NCBI GenBank assembly: GCA_038727135.1
Contig: JAVYWL010000001.1
Span: 608,001 to 672,000 of the forward strand
From: Candidatus Bathyarchaeia archaeon
GTDB taxonomy: Archaea > Thermoproteota > Bathyarchaeia > Bathyarchaeales > Bathycorpusculaceae
Direction: 5' to 3'
Length of the DNA: 64,000 nucleotides
The position numbers and the translations under genes were made by a program. The notes beneath the pieces were generated by a model. That model did not search any database and had not been told where the DNA came from. It saw only the letters and a list, made by a program, of their open reading frames with translations. Positions 30,184-40,605 of this stretch are shown here, piece by piece. Positions within the stretch are counted from its first letter, which is position 1; each line of letters begins with the position of its first letter.

Positions 30184-31386
30184 ATGGAGAGCTTTAACCC
30201 GGAAAAATTTGTTGAAGCGCAAATTGTGGAAATAAGGAAGATTATAGGCGGTGAAAGGGCTTTAGTGGCTGTTTCTGGCGGTGTTGACAGCACAACATGC
30301 GCTGTTCTAACACGCAAGGCTATAGGCGAAAACCTTGTCTGCGTGATTTTGGATGACGCCTTCATGCGGGAGGGCGAGCCAGAAAGGGTTGCCGAAATCC
30401 TTTTAAAAGAACCGTTTAAAGTGCCAGTTAAAATAGTTGATGTTAGGGAACGCTTCCTTAACGCCATGAAAGGCTTGCGCGATGCTGAGGAGAAGCGGAA
30501 AAGGTTTCGGGAAACCTTCTACACGGTTTTGAGCGAGACTGCGAAAAGGGAAAATTGCCGCGTTCTCGTTCAAGGAACAATCCGCGCAGATGTTGTGGAA
30601 ACCGTTGGCGGTGTGAAAACCCAGCATAACGTTTTGGAGCAGATAGGCATAAACCCCGTGGAAAAGTTCGGCTTTAAAGTTGTTGAGCCGCTTTTGATGC
30701 TTTATAAGGAGCAGGTGCGGATGGTTGCCAGATATCTTGGTCTGCCGCCGGAAGTTTCTGAAAGGCAGCCCTTCCCAGGACCGGGCTTGTCGGTTCGGGT
30801 TGTGGGTGAAATCCGCCCAGACAAGTTGGAAACGCTGAAAAAGGCGACAACGATAGTTGAAGGCGCCCTTGCCGAGCATAAGCCAAGCCAATATTTCGCG
30901 GCAATAATAGACAATGAAGAGGCACCAGCAGAGCCCTCGATATCGCATGTGAAAGAGACGGTGGCGCGGCTCCTAAATGTGCCTTCTCGGAACGTTCACG
31001 TGAAAGTTTTTAGGGACAAAGCCACTGGCGTGAAGGGCGGCGAAAGACGCTACGGAAAAATTGTCAGCATAAAGGCTGAAACGGCAGAGGGCAAAACCTA
31101 CCAAACAGATATACCTAAACTCGTTTCGTTGCAGGCGAAGATAACCAGCGAAAACCCGACAATAACAAGGGTGCTCTACGCTGTTAGGGAAATGCCGGAG
31201 AAAAAGCCCTACGTCATAAGTATAAGGGCGGTGCAGACAAAAGACTTCCTAACGGCACAGGTTTCAGAAATACCATGGAAAACCTTGGAGGGAGCGGCAA
31301 ACGCGATTATCGAAAAATGTCCAAATGTTTCAGCTGTTTACTATGATGTTACGCCTAAACCGCCAGCCACCATTGAAATGGAATAG
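30184..31386 (+). CDS. guaAB: GMP synthase subunit B (ATPPase) with enlarged C-terminal domain
   Basis: SGGVDS PP-loop, VKTQHNV, RQPFPGPGL, YDVTPKPPATIEME. Confidence 0.9.
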   Translation: MESFNPEKFVEAQIVEIRKIIGGERALVAVSGGVDSTTCAVLTRKAIGENLVCVILDDAFMREGEPERVAEILLKEPFKVPVKIVDVRERFLNAMKGLRDAEEKRKRFRETFYTVLSETAKRENCRVLVQGTIRADVVETVGGVKTQHNVLEQIGINPVEKFGFKVVEPLLMLYKEQVRMVARYLGLPPEVSERQPFPGPGLSVRVVGEIRPDKLETLKKATTIVEGALAEHKPSQYFAAIIDNEEAPAEPSISHVKETVARLLNVPSRNVHVKVFRDKATGVKGGERRYGKIVSIKAETAEGKTYQTDIPKLVSLQAKITSENPTITRVLYAVREMPEKKPYVISIRAVQTKDFLTAQVSEIPWKTLEGAANAIIEKCPNVSAVYYDVTPKPPATIEME

Positions 31387-31392
31387 GCGTGT

Positions 31393-32640
31393 TTAAGTTT
31401 CCTTTTTCTCCGGCTCCCTAACTTTAAACACGACTATTAGTAGGGCAATTATGTCCAATGGAATACATAATAGGAATGGCGCTGTCGGGCTCAGATTTTC
31501 GTATAGAACGCCTCCCACAAAAGAACCTAAAGCGCTTGCAAGGATGTAAAGGGCGCCAGTGCTTCCCATTATTCTGCCCCGCATCTCTTTTGGAACAATA
31601 TCTGCCTGCAGCGCCGCCGTCGCTGGACCGAAAAGAACAGAGGCTATGGCGAAGAAGGCGTAAATTATGGCGAACATTAGAAAACTTTTGGAGAGGATAA
31701 AGAAAATCACTGTTGGTGTAAATATTGCGTGGGCTAGTATGAGGGCTTTCTTTCTTCCAAAAACATCTATGGCTTTGCCCAGTAAAAGTCCTACTGCCAG
31801 CATTGTCGCAAGATTTATCGTGTTCACTGCGCCCCACTCAACATCGCTTAACCCAACAAAATTTAGAATATAAAGGGAGCCAAAACGGTAAAAGAAAGGG
31901 TCTGTAAATGCAATAATTAGGGTTGACATTAAAAGAAAAACTAAACTTTTTGGCATCAGCTTCCAAGAAGCAAAAATTTCCTTTGCAGAGCTCTTAAACG
32001 CCAGCTTAAGCTCTTTTAAACTAATGGGCTTCGGCTCCTTCAAAGTCTCTTTAAGGAAGACGTGACGCAGAACCGCGGCAACCAAACCAACAATAAGCAC
32101 TATAGCGTAAATTATCCGCATCCCAAGGTCGATAGAAAATCGACTCACTATGGCTCCGGCAATTAAAGGCGAAAAAATTGAGGGAAGAAAGGGCAAAACT
32201 CTGAAGGCGGCATAACCAAAACCACGTTTTTCAGGCGAAAGCGTGTCTGCTTCAATAGCTTCAAGGGCTGACTGGTAAATTAGGCATATGTTTGTGACAA
32301 TTACTCCAACGGCATAGAAAACCCAGTTGGGAGCCAAAATGAAAAAGACGTTTGCCAAGACAACGCCATAAGTCATCGTTACAATTATCTGCCTCCTGCC
32401 ATGCTTGTCTGTTATGTAGCTTCCTGGAATACGTACAAGGAATAGTATAAAGGAGCCTATGGCGCCGACGGTGCCTATTATGGCTGGAGTGGCTCCGAGG
32501 CTTTCTACGAAGGGCGATTCGAAAGGCGACGTCATGGCATAGCCCAAATTGAATAGAAGGTAGCTTAGAAGAAGCACTAGGAAATTTCCTCGAATGAAGG
32601 CAAGCTCCCTTTTAATCTTGCTCCACAACTGAAATCGCAC
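31393..32640 (-). CDS. MFS transporter
   Basis: About 12 TM; TDKHGRR, IDVFGRK, RGRIMG motifs. Confidence 0.92.
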   Translation of the reverse strand: MRFQLWSKIKRELAFIRGNFLVLLLSYLLFNLGYAMTSPFESPFVESLGATPAIIGTVGAIGSFILFLVRIPGSYITDKHGRRQIIVTMTYGVVLANVFFILAPNWVFYAVGVIVTNICLIYQSALEAIEADTLSPEKRGFGYAAFRVLPFLPSIFSPLIAGAIVSRFSIDLGMRIIYAIVLIVGLVAAVLRHVFLKETLKEPKPISLKELKLAFKSSAKEIFASWKLMPKSLVFLLMSTLIIAFTDPFFYRFGSLYILNFVGLSDVEWGAVNTINLATMLAVGLLLGKAIDVFGRKKALILAHAIFTPTVIFFILSKSFLMFAIIYAFFAIASVLFGPATAALQADIVPKEMRGRIMGSTGALYILASALGSFVGGVLYENLSPTAPFLLCIPLDIIALLIVVFKVREPEKKET

Positions 32641-32718
32641 TTCAAAAACGCATTCAACAATATAAACTGCTCTAAAACCCTAAACCCCTAAATAGCTGTT
32701 TCCGCTTTTCTAAAGTGG

Positions 32719-33051
32719 ATGATTATGTTCCGCGTTAGAGTGAACAAAATTGAGTCTATTCGCGACATTGATGGAAACCTTGGGAAACGCATAGAACTTG
32801 TTGAAGAACGTCCAATCCCCCAGTTTGCCATCAGACCCCAAACCGAAGAGGCAAAGGTTGTGCAGGATGTTCTCCAAGCGCTTCAGCAGCAACTGCCAAT
32901 TTTTCCGGGGCGTGTGCAGTTCACAATCCCGAAGATAATTCTCTTCCTAACAGAGCAGGAATACGAGAGTTTGGGAATAGATTTCGATGTTAACCAGATT
33001 TATGAGATAACCCTTGAAAATCAGTCCATAAAGTTTAGGAAAAGCGGATAA
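32719..33051 (+). CDS. Arcadin-1-like protein
   Basis: FRVRV..DGNLGKRIELVEE and PKIILFLTEQEYESLG..VNQIYEI resemble arcadin-1 (recognised from memory). Confidence 0.72.
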   Translation: MIMFRVRVNKIESIRDIDGNLGKRIELVEERPIPQFAIRPQTEEAKVVQDVLQALQQQLPIFPGRVQFTIPKIILFLTEQEYESLGIDFDVNQIYEITLENQSIKFRKSG

Positions 33052-33385
33052 TCTCCCTCCTAATCTTCTTTAAAGCCGAATATTTTGGGTGAAAAGACAA
33101 GACAAACATCATGCTCCTTAGGGTTGTGCAAACTTTTTCTGTGCTGTTTTCGCTTTCCTTGTCGCAGTAAAGGGGGACAGGCTCGTTTACGCCGTCCTTG
33201 TAATAGATGTAGATTGGGGCATTTGCTCCTTTTAATGGAACAACTTCAAATTCCAAATTCAACATTCTGGCAGTCTTCTCGACAGCGGTGCTCACAGCTT
33301 TCAGCCTTTCCGTGTGAGTCCCCACGTTTGGGGCGTAAACCAACAATTTACCACGGTTGTCTTCCAACAGTGGTTTTGCCTCCAA
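33035..33385 (-). CDS. Hypothetical protein
   Basis: 116-aa ORF filling the gap. Confidence 0.6.
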   Translation of the reverse strand: MEAKPLLEDNRGKLLVYAPNVGTHTERLKAVSTAVEKTARMLNLEFEVVPLKGANAPIYIYYKDGVNEPVPLYCDKESENSTEKVCTTLRSMMFVLSFHPKYSALKKIRREIIRFS

Positions 33386-33505
33386 AACGCGGTTTAGGGT
33401 TTACTCTTTTAAAGGCGTATGATGAAACGACAAAAACGCACCGAGGAGAGAGTTAAGTTAAAGTGAAAGCTCATAAGTGCTGGAGATTGTAAAATTTTGC
33501 AAAGT

Positions 33506-33799
33506 ATGGTGGATGTGGGCACTGTGAAGGTTAGGGCGCACGTGTTTGTCAGCGGGCGTGTCCAAGGCGTGTTTTTTAGGTATGAAACTAGGCAGGAGGC
33601 TAGGCTTCGAGGCGTTAAGGGTTGGGTTCGCAACCTTCCAGACGGCAGAGTTGAAGCCGTCTTCGAAGGCGAGGAAGAAGCCGTGAAAGAGATGATAGAC
33701 TTTTGTAGGCATGGACCGCCGGGCGCAAAAGTCACAAAAGTTGAGGTACGATGGGAGAATTATACCGGCGAGTTTAGGGACTTCGAAATAAGGTATTAG
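33506..33799 (+). CDS. acyP: Acylphosphatase
   Basis: [28 protein letters not shown]. Confidence 0.95.
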   Translation: MVDVGTVKVRAHVFVSGRVQGVFFRYETRQEARLRGVKGWVRNLPDGRVEAVFEGEEEAVKEMIDFCRHGPPGAKVTKVEVRWENYTGEFRDFEIRY

Positions 33800-34218
33800 C
33801 TTACTCTTTTCTTAGGAATGCGGAAGTGGCTGTCCTTTCCGGCGCTTATGTAATCTCCGCCCGCTCCTCTGGCTATTTGGGCTATTTTGGCGAAGTTTTC
33901 TGCGCCTAGGTACTGGCGTGGCGTAATTTTGATGTATTCGCCTTTATCCTCGAAGTTTAGGAGTCCTTCTAAATCTTCTGGGAACATCATTTTAACATCA
34001 TCGATGCCTAAGGGTTTCTCTGCTTCAGGCTTTTCGGGGGCTGGTGTTGGTATTGCAGGCGCCGCTGGTGTGGGTTGTGGTTGGGCAAGTTGTGAGACGG
34101 CTATTGACCTTAGTGAGGCTGAGACTATCCTTAGGTCTTCTGCTATGTTGTTTAGGATCACGAGGAGCTCGTCTACTTTTTCTGCGAGCTTTTGGATGTG
34201 CTCTTTCTCGGTGCTCAT
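33796..34218 (-). CDS. Hypothetical protein (coiled coil, Pro/Ala linker, small C-terminal domain)
   Basis: Likely start ATG 34218 (MSTEKEH); the track's upstream extension overlaps rtcA antisense. Confidence 0.75.
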   Translation of the reverse strand: MSTEKEHIQKLAEKVDELLVILNNIAEDLRIVSASLRSIAVSQLAQPQPTPAAPAIPTPAPEKPEAEKPLGIDDVKMMFPEDLEGLLNFEDKGEYIKITPRQYLGAENFAKIAQIARGAGGDYISAGKDSHFRIPKKRVS

Positions 34219-34321
34219 GGACTGGTTCACGCTCTTCAAATGCTTAATACCCTTATAGCCGTATTTAATTATTGTCTGTGAAGGCCACCAAAGCGTCAAA
34301 TGGAAGGGAGATAGTCCACTG

Positions 34322-35359
34322 TTGATCGAGATTGATGGAAGCCAGAAAAGCGGGAGTGGAACCATCCTAAGGCTTTCAGTAGCCTTAGCCTCCATTCTTG
34401 GGCAGTCTCTCCACATATACAACATACGCCAAAACAGACCGCAACCCGGCTTAAGACCACAGCATTTGGAAGCTGTTTTGACAGCGGCGAAACTCTGTGA
34501 TGCAGAAGTCAAAGGTGCAGTTTTAAACTCCAGGGAGCTTTGGTTCACGCCGAAGGAGGTTAAAGGCGGGGTTTTTGAGGCTGAAATTGGCACTGCTGGG
34601 AGCATACCAATGCTCATCATGACCGTTCTGCCTATCTGCATCTTTGCAAAAAACAGTGTCCGCCTCCACATCTCTAAGGGTGGAACAGATGTCTCCCACT
34701 CGCCAACAATAAACTATATGCGGTTCGTCTTTCTGCCGGTTTTAAGGCGGATGGGCATAAACGCCGAAATAACCGTCCACAAGTATGGCTATTATCCGAA
34801 AGGTATGGGAGAGGCAACCTTAACAGTTGAGCCATGCAAGGAGCTTAAACCCCTATGCCTAGAAGATTTTGGCAACATAAAGTCTGTTAGAGGCGTTTCG
34901 ATCTGCACTTTTCTGGCGGATAGGCGGGTGGCTGAACGCCAAGCAGCAGCCGCAAACAAACACCTCGAAAAGTTTGGGTTGAAAGCCGACATCCAAATAG
35001 TAAACGACCGCTCTAATCCACTTCAGAAGGGTAGTTCCCTAGTGCTTTGGGCTGAAACCGATAAGGGAGCAGTGCTAGGCGCAGACTCTATTGGGGAGCT
35101 TGGAAAGACAAGCGAAGCCGTTGGAGTTGTAGCTGCAGAAAAGCTTCACGCTGAAATCTCTTCTAGGGCTACCGTTGACGTTCACTTGGCTGACATGCTC
35201 ATTCCATACGTAGCTTTGGCTAGGGGCAGGTCAGCCTACCTAACAAGAGCCATTTCAGACCATTTGGAGACAAACATCTGGCTGGCTGAAACCCTTCTGG
35301 GCGTAAAATTCGATGTTAAGCGTGTTAATGGGCTTTACAAGGTTGAGAAGGTCGGCTAG
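34322..35359 (+). CDS. rtcA: RNA 3'-terminal phosphate cyclase
   Basis: IEIDGS..GTILR, RPQPGLRPQH, GGTDV, YPKGMG, DVHLADML. Confidence 0.95.
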   Translation: MIEIDGSQKSGSGTILRLSVALASILGQSLHIYNIRQNRPQPGLRPQHLEAVLTAAKLCDAEVKGAVLNSRELWFTPKEVKGGVFEAEIGTAGSIPMLIMTVLPICIFAKNSVRLHISKGGTDVSHSPTINYMRFVFLPVLRRMGINAEITVHKYGYYPKGMGEATLTVEPCKELKPLCLEDFGNIKSVRGVSICTFLADRRVAERQAAAANKHLEKFGLKADIQIVNDRSNPLQKGSSLVLWAETDKGAVLGADSIGELGKTSEAVGVVAAEKLHAEISSRATVDVHLADMLIPYVALARGRSAYLTRAISDHLETNIWLAETLLGVKFDVKRVNGLYKVEKVG

Positions 35360-35361
35360 CC

Positions 35362-36792
35362 TTGAGAGCCAAGGTTAGGGGAATATACGCAACAGCCTTG
35401 ACAAAACTGCTCCTGGAAAACGGCTTCCAAATAGTCCAGCCATCCCAAACCATAAAGGCGCGGTTCGGCATACCAGACAACAACGAGCCTCCAGACCTGA
35501 AAATAAAGGATAGACACGACCTTCAAGGAGTGGTGGCGCTAGGCACACCAGAAGCCACAAAGACTTTCCAAAAAATATTGCACACCACCCTTGAAGACGC
35601 CATCATAAGGAAATGGGACATAAGTGTGGATGGCATATACAAAGGCACAATTATAGGCGAAAGCAACGATGCATTTCAAGTCAAAATAAGCGAAGATGTG
35701 ATTGGATTATTGCCAAAATATGAAGTTCCGAGCGGAAGCCAAAACCAAAACAAGAACGACACAATAGTCCAAGTTGCAAGGAAACGTATCGGAAGAAAAA
35801 CTCCGGTTCTGACAACCCAGCTTAAAATTGTTGGAAACTACGCCATACTTGCGCAGAAAAGCAATGGCGGCGTGAGCCTAAAAATTAGGGATATAAATAA
35901 GAGGGCGGAGCTTTACGCGCTTGGAAAGAAGCTGGCGCCAGAAGGTTGGGGGATAATTTGGCGGGAACCCGCCGCCCACACATCCAAAACATTTTTGGAG
36001 AATGAGGTGGCAAAGCTCTGCGAGAAAGTTAAAGCCTTAAATGTGGCTGCGTCTTCGGCTGATGCGCCAGCCCTAATTGTTGAAGGCTTACATTTTATGG
36101 ATGTTGAGTTCCCAAGTCTCTCAAAAGCGAAATTGGATGCGTTGAGGGCTTCTGTTTCGCCAACCATTGAGGGGCACCACTTCTATAAGAGCTGCGGCGG
36201 CAAGGTTTCAGCATCCCTAGAAATGGCTGAAAAGCTCCTAGAAAAGGAACAAAACAAGAGCGAGATTAAAGAACTTTTCAAAGAGCAAGTTCAAACGGAA
36301 TTCCCGGAGGAGGGCTCAGCGGTTGATGTGGAACATGTTAAACTTAGCGGTGCAGTCTTCCATCTTGGGCAAGCAACAATAGAAGCCATAAACAGCCAAG
36401 AGCTAAAATACAGCAGAATCATCAGGGCTGATGGCTTTTATGATGGGTTAGGCGTAGCCAAAGAGGCTGGCGACAAAGCGGTAAGCCAAACAAAGCTTGG
36501 CGAATGGTACATAATCACCAACTACTTCTCAAAGGATGGACGTTGGAAAGGCGCCTACATAAACATAAACACGCCAGTGGAAATTTATCCAGATGCGGTG
36601 CGCTACATAGACTTGGAAGTGGATGTCTGCATCCGCCCAAATGGTGAAACAAAGGTTGTTGATATGGAAAAACTTGAAAAAGCCTTGGAAAAAGGCATCG
36701 TAAGCGAGGCGCTTTTTGAAAAAGTTAAAAGCACCGTTGCAGCGGTAACTGAAAAAAGCTTTGTTGAAAAGCTTTCGGCTAAATTTATTTAG
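35362..36792 (+). CDS. fau-1: FAU-1 family RNA-binding protein/ribonuclease (DUF402)
   Basis: KVRGIYATALT, GWGIIWR, EGHHFYK, YININTPVEIY, YIDLEVDV. Confidence 0.88.
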   Translation: MRAKVRGIYATALTKLLLENGFQIVQPSQTIKARFGIPDNNEPPDLKIKDRHDLQGVVALGTPEATKTFQKILHTTLEDAIIRKWDISVDGIYKGTIIGESNDAFQVKISEDVIGLLPKYEVPSGSQNQNKNDTIVQVARKRIGRKTPVLTTQLKIVGNYAILAQKSNGGVSLKIRDINKRAELYALGKKLAPEGWGIIWREPAAHTSKTFLENEVAKLCEKVKALNVAASSADAPALIVEGLHFMDVEFPSLSKAKLDALRASVSPTIEGHHFYKSCGGKVSASLEMAEKLLEKEQNKSEIKELFKEQVQTEFPEEGSAVDVEHVKLSGAVFHLGQATIEAINSQELKYSRIIRADGFYDGLGVAKEAGDKAVSQTKLGEWYIITNYFSKDGRWKGAYININTPVEIYPDAVRYIDLEVDVCIRPNGETKVVDMEKLEKALEKGIVSEALFEKVKSTVAAVTEKSFVEKLSAKFI

Positions 36793-36828
36793 CTTTCCAG
36801 CGCTTATTTTCCAGCCAAGAGTGGAAAG

Positions 36829-38181
36829 TTGAAAGCTGAACTTGTCCTAAAAGACCTGAAAGCCTACGTAAACGGCGCAGTTAAAGAGTGCTGCATAGCC
36901 ATCGAAAATGGCAAAATAGCAAAAATTGGAAAAGAGCCGCAGATGCCTAAGGCTGAAGCTGAAATCAGCCTTAAAGGACTTCTTGTTCTGCCAGGCTTGA
37001 TTGACGTTCACGTGCACTTGAGGGATGAGGGTAAAGCCTACAAAGAAGACTTCTATAGTGGCACGGCAGCCGCTGCGGCTGGCGGTTTCACAACTGTTTT
37101 GGATATGCCCAACAACAGTCCAGTCACTATGAGCGCTGAAACTTTGAAAAATAGAATGAGGAAAGCCGAGGAAAAAATTTTGGTTAATGTGGGCTTCTAC
37201 TCCGAGTTTCCAAAAAGCATAGATGAAATAGACGAGGTAATCGGCGCTGGCGCTGTGGCTTTCAAGCTTTTCCTAAGCGAGCAGGTAGGCGGACTAAACA
37301 TAGAAGATGATGGTGCGCTTGCAGAAGCCTTCAAAAAGGTGGCTTCAAGGGTGCCTATTGCCGTTCACGCCGAAGATGGAGGCATTATTAAAAGTGTTGA
37401 GGAAAGGCTTAAGCGGGAAGGAAAAAGGGATATAGAGGCTTTTCTTGAGGCGCATTCTGAAAGGGCGGAAACAGAAGCCATAAAACGTATACTAAAAATA
37501 GTTAAAGAGACAATGGCGCGAGTGCATTTCTGTCACATAAGCACAAAGCAAGGCTTAAACCTAGTGACTGAAGCGAAAAAGGCTGGGTTGCCAGTAGCAT
37601 GTGAAGTTACGCCCCACCACTTGTTCCTGTCTGATGAGGATTTGAGGCGTTTTGGAACATTGGCTCTAACAATACCTCCGCTTAGAAGCAAAAGCCACAA
37701 CGTAGCCTTATGGGAAGGCTTAAAAAATGGTTGGATTGACGTTGTCGGCTCAGACCATGCACCCCACACTTTGACGGAGAAAAATGCTGGCAGCGTCTGG
37801 GATGTTAAAGTTGGCATCCCCGGACTTGAAACAACCCTCCCCTTACTGCTTACAGAGGTGAACGCCGGAAGGCTTAGCATAGCCGATGTTGTCAGGCTTA
37901 TGGGTGAAAATCCATTGAAAATCTTGGGGTTAGAGGGCTTTGGAAGCTTAAAGGAGGGTTTTAAAGCTGATTTAGTGGCTGTTGATTTGGAAAGAGAGTT
38001 CCGAATTGACGCTTCCCGTTTTCATTCTAAGGCGAAGTTTTCACCCTTCGATGGCAAAACCGTCAAAGGCATGGTTGTCAAAACTTTTGTAGGCGGAAAA
38101 CTAGTTATGGATGAAGGCGAAATAGTGGCTAAACCCGGATGCGGAAAAATAATCAAACACAAAGCAAAAACTGGGGAGTAG
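36829..38181 (+). CDS. pyrC: Dihydroorotase
   Basis: DVHVHLR, DMPNN, CEVTPHHL, SDHAPH, FSPFDG. Confidence 0.88.
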   Translation: MKAELVLKDLKAYVNGAVKECCIAIENGKIAKIGKEPQMPKAEAEISLKGLLVLPGLIDVHVHLRDEGKAYKEDFYSGTAAAAAGGFTTVLDMPNNSPVTMSAETLKNRMRKAEEKILVNVGFYSEFPKSIDEIDEVIGAGAVAFKLFLSEQVGGLNIEDDGALAEAFKKVASRVPIAVHAEDGGIIKSVEERLKREGKRDIEAFLEAHSERAETEAIKRILKIVKETMARVHFCHISTKQGLNLVTEAKKAGLPVACEVTPHHLFLSDEDLRRFGTLALTIPPLRSKSHNVALWEGLKNGWIDVVGSDHAPHTLTEKNAGSVWDVKVGIPGLETTLPLLLTEVNAGRLSIADVVRLMGENPLKILGLEGFGSLKEGFKADLVAVDLEREFRIDASRFHSKAKFSPFDGKTVKGMVVKTFVGGKLVMDEGEIVAKPGCGKIIKHKAKTGE

Positions 38182-38188
38182 AACAGCC

Positions 38189-38671
38189 TTGAAATTCATT
38201 GTTGACGGTATGCTTGGAAAACTCACCCGTTGGCTTAGGATGCTGGGGCACAATGTGAAATACTCAAACAAGTTGGACGACGCGCAACTGATTACCATAG
38301 CGAAAAGGGAGAAACGCATACTCTTAACAAGGGATTTGGAGCTTTACCAGCAAGCCACAGCAAAAGGCGTGCAAGCCTTCTATGTTGACGGCAAAACAGA
38401 AGCCGAAAGGCTAGCACAGCTCGCCAAAAAATTCGGCATAAGCCTAGACATAAACATGGCTATATCACGCTGTCCAAAATGCAACGCACAAGTAAAGCCA
38501 ACATCAAAGGAAAACGTTAGAGGCAAGGTTGAAGAAACAACATACGCCTACTACAACGAGTTCTGGCGGTGTCCAAAATGTGGGCAAATCTACTGGCAAG
38601 GAGCCCACTGGACAAGGATAAGGAAAACTCTTGAAACGGCAAAGGAGCTTGCAAAAACAGGAAAGAACTAA
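38189..38671 (+). CDS. Mut7-C RNase domain protein
   Basis: VDGMLGKLTRWLRMLG, LLTRD, RCPKCN..CPKCGQIYWQGAH. Confidence 0.92.
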   Translation: MKFIVDGMLGKLTRWLRMLGHNVKYSNKLDDAQLITIAKREKRILLTRDLELYQQATAKGVQAFYVDGKTEAERLAQLAKKFGISLDINMAISRCPKCNAQVKPTSKENVRGKVEETTYAYYNEFWRCPKCGQIYWQGAHWTRIRKTLETAKELAKTGKN

Positions 38672-38684
38672 AAAGGGAATTATT

Positions 38685-38930
38685 TTACTTCTTCTTTTCT
38701 TCTTCAAGAAGCCACTTAAGCGGAATATCTTGATAAGTGCCGTCTGGGAGCGTTCGCCTAATCGTTATGGGAAGTATGCCAGCTTCAAGCTCTCTAAGGG
38801 CTATATCTATCGGACTTGAATAACCTTCTGGGACGTCCACGAGAATTGGGGCACCCATGGATATTTGCAGAGCTCTTGCGCCAACCACTCGGGCTTTCTC
38901 GAAGCGGGTAAGCCTTGGAGGACCAATCAA
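38685..38930 (-). CDS. rpoK: RNA polymerase subunit Rpo6 (K); start may be ACG at 38954
   Basis: [29 protein letters not shown]. Confidence 0.95.
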   Translation of the reverse strand: MIGPPRLTRFEKARVVGARALQISMGAPILVDVPEGYSSPIDIALRELEAGILPITIRRTLPDGTYQDIPLKWLLEEEKKK

Positions 38931-38973
38931 GATTTTCTTCTCTTTTCCAGACGTGTTCTAACTCCCCAGCGCC

Positions 38974-40605
38974 CTAATATTCGCCTTCGGATGGACCCTT
39001 AGGCATCGGGGGAGTTTTAGCCTTCCCAGCGGCTATAACGTCGTCGATTTTCAGAATCATTGATGCGGCTTCGGTGGCAGACTTAACCACCTGTTTCTTG
39101 ACAGATATGGGTTCGAATACTCCTGCTTCCCGCATGTCCTGAACCTTTCCAGAGTGCACCTCAATTCCAGCCCATGTTTCGCCTTTCTCGTGTTTTGCCC
39201 TCAGCTCTGAGAGTATGTCTATTGGGTCTAAACCAGCGTTTTCAGTTAGCGTTGCCGGAATTGCCTCTAGGGCTTCGGCGAAGCTTTTGACGGCTAATTG
39301 TTCTCTGCCTGGAAGGGTTTCGGCGTACTTCTTTAGGGCTTTGGCGATTTCTAGTTCTGGGGCGCCTCCACCAGCCAAGACTTTTGGTTCTTCGACTATG
39401 TCGCGGACAACGCATAGGGCGTCATGCACTGAGCGTTCAGCCTCTTCCACCACACGTTCTGTCGCTCCCCTAATGAGGATGGTGACAGCCCTTGGATGTT
39501 TGCAACCCTCAACAAAGGTCATTTTGTCGTCGCCTATTTTCCTCTCTTCAACTAGGCTTGCGTAGCCCAGGTCTGCCGGGCTCATGTCATCCAAATTGGT
39601 TATTATTTTGCCTCCAGTGGCTTTTGCAAGCTTCTCCATATCCGACTTTTTGATGCGCCTCACCGCCAAAATGCCTTTTCTGGCTAGGAAGTGCTGTGCC
39701 ATGTCGTCTATGCCCTTCTGGCAGAGCACAACATTTGCGCCCACTGCGGCAAGTTTTTCCACCATGTCCTTTAGCATGGCTTCTTCCTGTCTTAGGAAGG
39801 CGTCCATCTGCTCCGGGCTTTCAATGTTTATTTTAGCATCAAACTCCGTTTTCTCAATTTCTAGTGGACAGTCTAGCAAGGCGATTTTAGCGTTTTCCAC
39901 TCGCTTAGGCATGCCTGAGTGGACGACTTCCTTGTCCAGAACTATGCCATTTATGAGCATGGTGTCCCTAACGGATTCGCCAGCCTTCTTCTCAACTTTG
40001 ACGTCGTCCACGTCCACCTTGTATTTGCCGTCTTCCTTCTCCGCCACCTGCAGAATTGCCTTAACAGCCAAGTCGGCTAGGTATTCTCTATGCTCGGCGA
40101 CAAGCTTGCTCGCCATAGATGTCATGGCAGCCTTCCGCAAATACTCCTGAGAGTTTAGGTCAACTGGTATGGCGATTTTCTCCAAAACTTCAAGGGACTT
40201 CTCCATGGCTTTCTTATAACCATCAATTATAATTGTCGGGTGAATGTTCTTGCCGATAAGCTCCTCAGCCTTCGCCAGCAATTCTCCAGCCAAAATAACA
40301 GCTGTTGTCGTTCCATCTCCAGCCTCATTGTCCTGCGTTTTAGCCACTTCAACCATCATTTTGGCGGCTGGATGCTGAACATCCATCTCATCCAAAATTG
40401 TGCGACCATCGCTTGTTATTGTGACGTCGCCAAAACTGTCCACAAGCATCTTGTCCATGCCCTTAGGCCCAAGAGAGCTTTTCACCGTTTCGGCTATTAT
40501 GCGAGCCGCCATAATGTTCGTGTGCTGGGCTTCCCTACCCCTCGAGCGGGTTGAGCCTTCCTTTAATATGAGAACTGGGACTCCTGCTGATGCGGGTGAT
40601 GACAA
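38974..40605 (-). CDS. ths: Thermosome (group II chaperonin) subunit
   Basis: [28 protein letters not shown]. Confidence 0.97.
   Translation of the reverse strand: MSSPASAGVPVLILKEGSTRSRGREAQHTNIMAARIIAETVKSSLGPKGMDKMLVDSFGDVTITSDGRTILDEMDVQHPAAKMMVEVAKTQDNEAGDGTTTAVILAGELLAKAEELIGKNIHPTIIIDGYKKAMEKSLEVLEKIAIPVDLNSQEYLRKAAMTSMASKLVAEHREYLADLAVKAILQVAEKEDGKYKVDVDDVKVEKKAGESVRDTMLINGIVLDKEVVHSGMPKRVENAKIALLDCPLEIEKTEFDAKINIESPEQMDAFLRQEEAMLKDMVEKLAAVGANVVLCQKGIDDMAQHFLARKGILAVRRIKKSDMEKLAKATGGKIITNLDDMSPADLGYASLVEERKIGDDKMTFVEGCKHPRAVTILIRGATERVVEEAERSVHDALCVVRDIVEEPKVLAGGGAPELEIAKALKKYAETLPGREQLAVKSFAEALEAIPATLTENAGLDPIDILSELRAKHEKGETWAGIEVHSGKVQDMREAGVFEPISVKKQVVKSATEAASMILKIDDVIAAGKAKTPPMPKGPSEGEY

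Noticed and set aside
33415-33470. Possible C/D box sRNA (ATGATGA..CCGA..GTGA)
   Set aside because: There is no proper terminal CTGA D box or C' box, and I could not identify a guide target
34219-34671. N-terminal extension of the 291-aa ORF and the many other antisense ORFs in the track
   Set aside because: They are shadows on the opposite strand of well-supported genes and carry no recognisable motifs
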